From Dudresnaya verticillata (lineage: Eukaryota): a stretch of DNA of 64,000 nucleotides. The notes under the pieces are model-generated. The model was not told the origin of the DNA. It searched no databases and saw nothing but the letters and a program-made list of their open reading frames with translations. The position numbers and the translations under genes were made by a program. This document shows positions 24,233 through 33,294 of the stretch, one piece after another (position 1 is the first letter of the stretch; the number at the start of each line of letters is the position of its first letter). The stretch covers positions 372,001 through 436,000 of the forward strand of contig OZ374566.1 in assembly GCA_977862235.1 (NCBI GenBank). Direction: 5' to 3'.

Positions 24233-24336
24233 GGATGCGTGCGCTCTTGTCAACCAGGATGCGTGCGCTCTTGTCAACCAGGATGCGTGCGCTCTTGTCA
24301 ACCAGGATGCGTCCGCTCTTGTCAACCAGGATGCGT
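24233..24336. repeat. 24-bp tandem repeat GGATGCGTGCGCTCTTGTCAACCA, about 4.3 copies
   Basis: Read directly; one copy has a G>C change. Lies about 55 bp upstream of the SDH1 ATG. Confidence 0.95.
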
Positions 24337-24651
24337 AGGCGCTTGAGAAAATGCCTCGCCCTAGTCGGATTCGGTGGCTTCGTGACCCTTCCCACTACTC
24401 AACGGCGATGGAGTGCCCAGCAAGGCCATCAAAAGTTCCTGACTTTCGGTTGGAGGGTAACTTTCAAAAAGCAAATCCGCCGACAGCCCCCGACGGGCCC
24501 CTTTTGAGGGCCCAATTGGCATGTGGTTTGTGCTGAGACTCGTCTCGCAAGTCAATGTTCCGCACTGCACCTTCGCCATCTCACCACCCGTGCATCAACA
24601 GAAGGCCACCATCCGGCGTAACCTCCGCATCGCATCCGTCGCCCCCCCGCA

Positions 24652-25446
24652 ATGGGGCTGGGTCGCCTGTTCGCATCCGCTGGCATCGGCGCCGGGTCAA
24701 ACCCGCCGCCAGAGACAAGCGTGATAATCCCGACATACAATGAGGCCGGCACAATAACTGCTACAATCTCCGCGATTAGGGCATGCGCCACCCGGCCGGC
24801 GGAGATAATCGTTGCCGACGGGCACTCCTCCGACGCAACGGCGCGCCAGGCGCGCGAGTCAGGCGCGCGCGTGGTGATGGTGCGCGGTGGAAGAGCAGCA
24901 CAGCTGAACGTGGCGGCACAGGGGGCACATGCACCACGACTGCTGTTTCTGCACGCGGATACTACTGTCCCCGCAGGGTTCGACATTGATCTGGAATCAG
25001 TGCTCGCGGGGCGGGGCATAGTAGCGGGCGCGTTTCGACTTCGCGTTGCATCAGATATGTTCGGGATTCGGTTTGTGGAGCGCATGGCGAACCTGCGAGC
25101 CAGTTTACTGCAACGGCCGTACGGAGACCAGGGTCTGTTCATGACGCAGAGCGCGTTCCAACGCGTTGGCGGGTACCCCGACATGCCGTTTTTAGACGAC
25201 TATGAGATGGTGCGGCGGCTGTCGCGTCAGGGGCGCATTGCAATTAGCAGCCGAAGTGCTGTCACTTCTGGAAGACGTTGGGAGGCGCTAGGGGTTGTCC
25301 GCACAACGATCATGAACCAGGTGGTGATCGGCGCGTACCACCTCGGAGTGCCCGTGGTACGGCTGAGGGCGTGGTACCGTGGTGTGTTGCAGCGCGCAGC
25401 GGAGCGGCAACGGTTGAGGGGGCGGACACGGGCTGGGTCGAGGTGA
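24652..25446 (+). CDS. GT2 glycosyltransferase, TIGR04283-like (arsenosugar/rSAM-associated family)
   Basis: SVIIPTYNEA, EIIVADGHSSDAT, GRAAQLN, LLFLHADT, PYGDQGLF, GGYPDMPFLDD, VTSGRRW. Confidence 0.8.
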   Translation: MGLGRLFASAGIGAGSNPPPETSVIIPTYNEAGTITATISAIRACATRPAEIIVADGHSSDATARQARESGARVVMVRGGRAAQLNVAAQGAHAPRLLFLHADTTVPAGFDIDLESVLAGRGIVAGAFRLRVASDMFGIRFVERMANLRASLLQRPYGDQGLFMTQSAFQRVGGYPDMPFLDDYEMVRRLSRQGRIAISSRSAVTSGRRWEALGVVRTTIMNQVVIGAYHLGVPVVRLRAWYRGVLQRAAERQRLRGRTRAGSR

Positions 25447-25560
25447 CTAGGTGTAGGTGTCTGGGAGGGTTGCGAAAGTCTCTAGCTAGCTTGTCTACTC
25501 GTTTGAAGGAGACAGGTAGATCTTTTCGTTTTTGCTAGTACAACAGCGCCTATCCAAGTG

Positions 25561-26568
25561 CTACGCCGCCACTACGGACTTCGCTCCGGAGAGCCCGACG
25601 GCGCGGTGCGATGCCACGCACACGTACTCACGCCACACCAGCTCCGAAAATGTTCTACCTTTCGCAGCGCCCATAACTTGGAGGACCCTCGCCGCAACCA
25701 TCCTCGGTGACAAGGCGCCATAATCTAGGAAAACTTTCAGGGTGACAGCCACATCGGGCCTCTCGGACAGCCGCAGGGTCTCCTCCTCACGATCCATACG
25801 CTGCAGCACCCTCTCCGCCGCCTGCGTCCCGCCGCCAACCTTTGCCACCACAGCCCTCATGCCCTGCATGCGCATCGCTTGCTGAGGGAGCCCGGGGAGG
25901 CGCTGCGGGGCCTCCATGGGATGTGCGACCTTCTCCCGCAGGAGCTTTGCCATGTCGCGGACGCCAATCTTGCTGTCCCTCCGCAGCGTGCCCTCTTCCG
26001 GTTCGGCCAGATTGTTGCCCCAGAACGCTTCAACCTGAACGCCGGCACGCGTGAGCGCGTCAATGACGCGCCTCTCAGCGCGCACACGCGACCGGTGGAC
26101 CGAGCGGTTGAAGTAGACCGCGCCCAGGTTGAGGCGTTTGCACACCTGGAGCAGGGCCTTGTCGATGCGGCCCGGGGCGGCCAGGACGTCCGACCCGAGG
26201 GCCTGCAGGCGCGCCTTGAGCTCTGCGAGCAGCGGGGCGGCGTGCGCGTGGAGCGCGGCGCCGGCGGCGACGGGGACGAGCGCACCGCCCGGGGCGGCGG
26301 CGGCCGACGCGGCGGCGCGCAGCGCGGCGTTGTCGGACAGGCGCAGGTCGGTGTGCAGCCACAGCAGGATGCGCGACGGGGTGCGGGCCGGCGCGGGCGC
26401 CTCCGGCGGCGTGGTGGAGATCTGGGCGTGGTGCAGCAGGGCCGGCTGTGGGGTGCGCGCGGTGACGCGCGGGAGGGCGGCGGCGGTGGACACGGCGGCT
26501 GCGGCGGTCGGGATGGCGCGCGTGGAGAGCGCGAGAGAGGTCGGGACGAAGGCGGCTTGCGACGGCAT
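25561..26568 (-). CDS. Photolyase/cryptochrome-like protein with C-terminal truncation (PHR2-like), plastid-targeted
   Basis: LLWLHTDLRLSDNAAL, GGGTQAA, LDYGALSPR, ELVWREY, followed soon by the stop. AAFVP transit peptide from ATG 26568. Confidence 0.75.
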   Translation of the reverse strand: MPSQAAFVPTSLALSTRAIPTAAAAVSTAAALPRVTARTPQPALLHHAQISTTPPEAPAPARTPSRILLWLHTDLRLSDNAALRAAASAAAAPGGALVPVAAGAALHAHAAPLLAELKARLQALGSDVLAAPGRIDKALLQVCKRLNLGAVYFNRSVHRSRVRAERRVIDALTRAGVQVEAFWGNNLAEPEEGTLRRDSKIGVRDMAKLLREKVAHPMEAPQRLPGLPQQAMRMQGMRAVVAKVGGGTQAAERVLQRMDREEETLRLSERPDVAVTLKVFLDYGALSPRMVAARVLQVMGAAKGRTFSELVWREYVCVASHRAVGLSGAKSVVAA

Positions 26569-27544
26569 GGTGCGGTTGGCTGGATCGGTCGGGGTGGAGC
26601 GTGGGATGGGTGGGCTTGGGAGCGGGGGGGCGGGGCGGGTGAGTTGAGATGGTCGGGTTGGATGATGCAGTGTCGAATGTGAGGGTGGCGATCTCGGGAA
26701 TGTGGGCGTGGCCCGGGCCAGGGGTTCTTTTTGTGGATCTGAGTAATTCGAGATCGAGCGCAGCCAACGAACCGCCTCCGATGACGCGAACGATGTTTCT
26801 GTGAGCAGACTGATCCGGGAATTTTCAGGAAACTTGACCTTCGGCCTTTTGAAATGGATCAATAGAATGGATTTGTTGTTGCTGGATCCGGTCGGACGCC
26901 ATTGGGCCATTGAGGCATTTGCCCATTTGTGTCAAGGTTTGGTTTCAGCAACAGTGTTTGCCCCGTTCGGGCTCTTTGTTTCTGCAGGAGTGTATTTATT
27001 ATTGCAAGCCAGTTCGTGGTAGTGGCATGGCCACCATTCCCGGACACGCACCTCGGGAAAGATAAGGAGAAGGAAGCGTGCCGCGCTTCTTGTCAGCGTC
27101 TCGTACAGTAGCAGTTTGTCCTTCTGTTCCTTCCAACCTATCTGCACAGTACTGTACCAGGTGCCTTCGAGGCTAGATCGCTCCGGGGCAGCGGCTTCTC
27201 AGTTGGCATCTCATACGTGTGATACCCTAGGTATACTAACGTCAGAGCTAGGCCGTACTAACCCTCAAGGGCAAAGGTCTCAATGCTCAACAGCCGCTCT
27301 AGAAAGGTAGAGATACTCTCCCCTCATCAGACTGCACGCCAGTCAATGGCAATACCTAAATGTGTCCTTTATAACTTCATCACGCGTCGCTACTGTTCAC
27401 GTACAAACCTTGCAAACTTATGCAACAAGCATTATGAATTATCTGAACACAAGCACCCGATTCGGACTCGCACCGTCTGTATCCAAAACTCGAAAAACGG
27501 CACAGAAAAACACCACCACATCAGCACCGCCCTTTGTTCCCGCG

Positions 27545-28441
27545 TTATCCAACATCGACAGTGAACTCGCGACCAGTAGAATCCTGCATTGCCTTGACGA
27601 AGCTCGAGGCGAGCAGCGCAGATGGGATTGCGAAGATCGCCACAGCTGCCACAGCGATGAACCCAGCGACAACTTGCCCTGGCGCGGAGAAGTCTGCGAG
27701 CGGGAACTCCCCGGTAAGCATCAGCAGCACCGGGAACAGCGCCTGCGGGATGGATTGGAAGTGCGTCCCAAGAGCGGGGTTATCCATCTCGACGAGGTAC
27801 AGCGCGGTGGCGCTGACGACCCAAACCAACATGGCATAGAACGAAGACGCAATCAGCAGTGTGGCGTTCTCGTCGAGCACGGTACCGAGCAGCGAGAAGG
27901 CCTGCAGATACTTGTCAGCCTTGAGCAACCGCACGAGACGGAAACCCCTGAACGCCGTGGTGAAGTCCGGGCCCTCTCCGCCAGTCAGCTCAAAGACCCA
28001 GTAAGGGGCAATGGAAAGAAAATCGACAACTGGGAAGAAAGACGTAGCATAGTTCCAGCGGCCCTTCACGGGGCCCATGGCGCCGACTTCGGGGTTCTCC
28101 ACGCAGGCCCAGATGCGGAGCACGTACTCGAAGGTGAAGACGTACACCGAGATGGCCTCCGCCAGCTCGAAGAACGACTCATACTTGTCGCCCACGCGCA
28201 GGCACTTGGAACCGAAGCACGAGTTGTCGACGACCAACGTGCTCACGGCGAGCATCACGACGTTGAGGAAGATTAGCAGGAGGATGGTGTACTCCAGCGG
28301 AGAGTCAATGGTGCCCTCCACATTCTCGTACGCCACGAGCCGCACCTTTCGCCAAAACGGGACGGTTTGATCCGAGTCGACCAAAGGTGACTCGCCGGAA
28401 TCGCCGCCCGTCTGCGGCAGCAGCGGCGTATCCTCATCCAT
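27545..28441 (-). CDS. Single-domain 6TM voltage-gated-type ion channel (Ion_trans)
   Basis: FTFEYVLRIW (S2), VDFLSIAPY (S3), FRGFRLVRLLK (S4), FQSIPQAL pore helix, IFAIPSALLASSF (S6). ATG at 28441. Confidence 0.85.
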   Translation of the reverse strand: MDEDTPLLPQTGGDSGESPLVDSDQTVPFWRKVRLVAYENVEGTIDSPLEYTILLLIFLNVVMLAVSTLVVDNSCFGSKCLRVGDKYESFFELAEAISVYVFTFEYVLRIWACVENPEVGAMGPVKGRWNYATSFFPVVDFLSIAPYWVFELTGGEGPDFTTAFRGFRLVRLLKADKYLQAFSLLGTVLDENATLLIASSFYAMLVWVVSATALYLVEMDNPALGTHFQSIPQALFPVLLMLTGEFPLADFSAPGQVVAGFIAVAAVAIFAIPSALLASSFVKAMQDSTGREFTVDVG

Positions 28442-29393
28442 GGCGGATGCGAGGGTGTCGGGTGGGACGCGGTGGGGGTGAGTTGGAGCGCCTTGGAAGG
28501 GTTGCAACGAAGGCGGGGTCACTTGCCGGGGGCCGGGCGGACGGCTGCTCCTCTGATTGTCAGGGCTGCGCGGCGACAGCGGATCGTTCCCACGCGTGGT
28601 GGAAGGCGGGGCTGCGGGAGAGGGTGTGCAGATTCCCGCACAGAGTTTATAGAGGCCGCGGTGGATAGAAACAAGGGATTGGTGCTCGCAGAGCTTGGGT
28701 CCATAGGAAGCGGGTGGAGTTTGGCATCTATCGGGGTCATCACTACGGCCCTCGTGGAAGGCCCAATTGCAGGCCTTCTGCAAAATTAGTGTTGTCAATC
28801 TCTGAGGAGTGATACGTGGATGCTCAGCCCTTGCATCCGTTGGCCCAATGGTCCGTAACTGAACGGAATTCAGCTAATAATACTGTGCTTGTATACACAA
28901 TCACGACAATCTCTCTCCAGTAGCCGCCCCGATACGACCACCCGTACCATGGTCCGCGAAAGTGGTCCTGTTATCTGACTAGCGGGGCAGCTGTCTAGAG
29001 ACGTAATCGACGGTCGTCAGAAGGCTTCGGGAAGTCGGAGATGTAAGCAACTGTAAGATTGTAGACGCACGTACTGTAAGGTTCGGCAGTCTTCTTCTCG
29101 TCGAAAACTTGAAACATATTCACCAAAAGAAATGAACTTTCCGGTGGTTTGCGCTATTTCGCTCCCGTCGGGAACCCTAAGTCGATCGCCGACGGCGTCC
29201 AGCTGCGTTTGATCCAAAGTCCACACTTTTACCATTCGCCCCCTGTTGGTCCGAACTTCAACAAGTGCCTCACCCCCTCCACACCAGCTGCCCCCCCGCC
29301 TGCGTCGACACACATATTCCTTCGCTGGCACCTCCCTCCGCGAAAGGGCATCCGAAGCGCGTCCACGGTCTACCGTGCTAGACAACATCCACG

Positions 29394-30367
29394 ATGAAGG
29401 TAAGTGACGCTTCTCCGTGCCGTGCTCTGCGATGTATGCCGTCGGCATCGCGCCGTGACGGGTCGTAGATGTCGGAGACATGCGTTCCTGGAGTCGCGCC
29501 GCAGCGGTGGTGAATCGATCGCCCATGTAAAGGTGCGACGCTTCGAGCTGCGCCTCGATCTGGACCCTCGCAATCATCAAATCCTAACCATACCTCCTCG
29601 TGTTTCTCCAATTCTGCAATGCGATCCCGCTACAGCTCAACATTGCAGACCCGCAGACCGGCGCCCAGAAGCTCATCGAGATTGATGATGAGAAGAGGCT
29701 CCAGCATCTGTACGACATGCGCCTTGCGCAGGAGATTCAGGGCGAGGATTTGGGCGAAGAGTACAATGGTTACATCTTCCGCATCATGGGCGGTCAGGAC
29801 AAGCAGGGCTTCACCATGAAGCAGGGTGTCCTTACCCCGAACCGTGTCCGCCTGCTCATGAACAAGGGAACCGCCGGGTGCCGCGGCTACGGCATGCGCA
29901 AGGGTGAGCGGAAGCGCAAGAGCGTCCGTGGCTGCGTTATCTCCCACCAGATCTCGGTCCTTCACCTGCTCGTCGTTAAGAACGGTGATGCTGACATTGG
30001 CGGTCTTACCGACAGGACCATCCCGCGTCGGCTTGGTCCGAAGCGTGCGTCCAAAATCCGCAAGCTCTTCAACCTTTCCCCAGATGATGATGTCAAAAAG
30101 TACGTCATTCGCCGTGAGGTCCCCGTCAAGGACGGAGCCAAGGAAGGTGCTAAGCCGCGCTCCAAGGCTCCGAAGATCCAGCGTCTGGTCACCCCTCAGG
30201 CCATCCAGCGCAAGCGCAGGAGGCATGCCAAGAAGACGAACTCAATTATGGCTTCGCGCAAGGCTGCTGCTGAATATGAGAAGCTGTTGGCGAAGCGCAA
30301 CGAGGAGGCGCGCGAGAGCCGCAGGACCTCTCTGTCGAAGCGCCGATCCGCAAAGGCCGATAGCTGA
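29394..30367 (+). CDS. RPS6: 40S ribosomal protein S6 (eS6), 2 exons (29394-29399, 29636-30367)
   Basis: ATG AAG|GTAAGT at 29394-29405, CTAAC branch, TACAG acceptor at 29635, giving MK-LNIADP. Motifs [35 protein letters not shown]. Confidence 0.97.
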
Positions 30368-30894
30368 GTAAACTTTTGCTTGTACCACTGCTGAGTGGCT
30401 AACACCGAGCTGTTGTTCATGTTGCGTACGTGCAGTCTGCAGATGTGCGCTTAGACGCAGCAAAGCCCACTGGTTTGGCGAGTTCGAGTCACACTTGGAA
30501 CTGATATCATTGACGGAAAGCCAAACGCAACTTGAACAAACTGCATAGGATCGCGACAATTGCTGCACGGGTTACGAGGATGTTTCTTTACATAGGTTGT
30601 GCTCCTGCCTAGAAGCCGTACTAGACTGCTACACACTTAAGATGGAAAACGCTAGCATGCCTGACCATACAAGTGCTGGGAACTCTAGTCACGTTCAGAT
30701 CGTGAATCCACGGCAATGTGTTAGTAGAGAAACTGATCGTTCAAGAGTCCTTCCTATCCACCGCGAGTAGAGTCGCAAGCCAAGCCCAGCTTTTGATCGC
30801 AGCAGCACCACGAATGCTCACCAGCAGACAGCCCGGCGTTCGTCCAGCCCGATAGGCAGAATAAATATAGAGATTGTAGTTTCAAACGGATACG

Positions 30895-31284
30895 CTACCG
30901 CCTGTAGACACTAGGCAGGGTGTGCTTCTTGTCCAACGCATATGCCCGAGACTTCGCTGAGATAGCGGATGTTATTGAGGGAAAGGCAGAGACGACTGCA
31001 ACAACCCCAAACAAAATCGATGTCTCCCAGCACGATGCAGCTGCTTCTTCCATATTCCCATGAAATCCGAAGAACTCATACCTCGCACCGAAGAGCATTC
31101 CAAGCCCTGCGAAGCACGCGACCCCAAGAAGACTCACAACTAGAAAGGTCGCTCGAACCACGCTCATACCGGACTGCTCCGGCAAGCCAGCACCCATTTC
31201 GACCCGTTCTCGTGGACGCGTCCCAGCATGTGTGTTGCGCTGCCTAATGCCTGTGTAGAGGCCGTCCGGTGCGCCCTCATGCAT
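30895..31284 (-). CDS. RNASEK / V-ATPase subunit f-like two-TM protein
   Basis: VVSLLGVACFAGLGMLF...EEAAASCWETSILFGVVAVVS matches the two-TM RNASEK pattern. Start uncertain. Confidence 0.55.
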   Translation of the reverse strand: MHEGAPDGLYTGIRQRNTHAGTRPRERVEMGAGLPEQSGMSVVRATFLVVSLLGVACFAGLGMLFGARYEFFGFHGNMEEAAASCWETSILFGVVAVVSAFPSITSAISAKSRAYALDKKHTLPSVYRR

Positions 31285-33294
31285 CTGTGCAGCAACAGAC
31301 AACCGGGACGCCAGCGAATTGGCATGGGCATGTCGGATTGAAGTCGTTGGCTTCAGAACCGATTGGGACGGTGAGGATGGTTGGTTGCAAAAAAATGCCT
31401 ATTTCTCGCAACAGGTCATTCGGTTGGGTGAAGGGGTTCTAAATTCCCCATGATGATTGACCAGCTGAGATGACATTACGCATTGGTTCGGTTCCTCCCT
31501 CTCATACCTCTGACAATGTAGTTCACGGAAAGCATCGTCACCATCGCTACATAAGGGAAGCTGTACTCATATTCCGACGCGAGAGCGCAACGTAACCCCG
31601 ATAGAATTTACATTGCACAGAAAAAATAAAAGGCAACGTAAGACTCCCAACAGAGAGAGAGAGGCCGGCGTAGCACCTTCATCTCGCCTACATGAGGAAT
31701 TCTTGCCACGGAATCCTTTGTAGAGACCTGCAAGAAACAGGTGAAGCAACCTGAGACTGTTGCCGTTTCAGACGCATCCCTCGGGTATACAGAAGCCTCG
31801 GAGGACCCCAAAGACTACGCTGGAGTCCAAGTACTGAGAACAAAAACACAATGCGACAACTTTAGGACTCTTGAGCCCGACATGCAGTTGCTGACATGCA
31901 AAAAGTCTTGGTTGGCTGCATGCGTCGACTACGGAACGCGAAGCATTTGACCAGATATACGTATTCAGATCAAGTGCGATGAAGATCCTTGACTCAGTCC
32001 TGGCTTGATGCCATGACGTACGCAAGTAGCACAGACTGCACATGAAATGTAGTCGAGCACTTCGAATGAAGCTGCTGGTTTCTTCAGAGCTTGATGTCCA
32101 TGTCCTTTCCGTCATTCATTTGCTTCCCGGTTGGAACCCATGCTTGCAGACGCTTCAACTCCATCTGACCTAACCACATCGCTCTTTCCAGATCTTTTCC
32201 CGACAGATTCTGTTTCTCACGAAACTCTGTTACCATGTAGTACAGTGCTCAGATCACGTGTTAGTTAATACCTCCCAAGATACGCGCCTTGCATGCACGC
32301 GGTCGAATTCAGCCAGTAGAAGGGCATAGGAAACAGCTACCGATGCACACTCATAGCGCCTGTGGAGCATACGTGGACGAGAGTAGTAAATCGGTGCAGG
32401 CCATTCTCGTTCAAAGATATTGGGCACCAATTAGCGCATACTGTACAATCTTACCTTGCCTGATTGCAATCGCAATGTCATCCTTCTTCTTGCTAGGATA
32501 GAAGCGGAGCGCGCGCAACAAGCCCCTGTATAGTCGAATCGGGGTGGTCGAACCTGTCGCAGCAGCCGCCATCGGACGAAGCACAGCACATTACCAGCAA
32601 GCGTACGAGGGGGGTCGCGTTTACTCAACGCGGCAGGAATGCAAACGCCCCGGGGGGGCCGGCAGCACAGTTCCTTACCGTGACAGAGACGCCCGCGCGG
32701 CAATTGTTGGTGCGAGAGCAGCCTGTTCGCTGCGCAAGGTGATTGGTGCACACGTGGTCCAACGAGATTCGCAGATATCGAAAAATTATAGACAAAGTGG
32801 AATTTCGCTTGGGCCCGGGCCATGCTGCCCGCGCTTGCAGTCCTTTTCGGCCATTTTTCCACGCTACTGCAGCGTACTTCAACCGCCACGCATCCGCTCG
32901 CGCCTCCCGACGCCTCCCCCCCTCCCGCCCCCTCCCACATCCTCCCAGCAACCACCCGCTTCCGACCCGCCCTCGGCTTGGAACCCCATCTCCGCACGAT
33001 TCAAGTCGTCGGCGCATGCATGCCCTTGTCGCTTCACCAGGGACCATAGTCGTGCAAGCATGGGACCTTTGTGACAAGATTTTCTTGGGATGGAGGCATG
33101 GCAACAGGGGTTCGCTACCCTAAGAGAGTTGGAAGGCCTTTTCCGAAATGAAAGAGAAGACAGCAAGTTGAACAAGGTCAAGTGAAGAGCATGGAAGGCG
33201 TTAGTCCGAAGGCGCAAGAGTGGAGCGGGAGGCAAAATCGTTGGGTCTATCCAAAAATGTCCCGTATTTTGTACACTTTAATGTTGGCGGGCAA

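Noticed and set aside
24233..24336. CRISPR-like array
   Set aside because: Head-to-tail repeats with no spacers and no cas genes, in a eukaryotic context.
27362..28276. 304-aa plus-strand ORF
   Set aside because: Antisense shadow of the ion channel gene.
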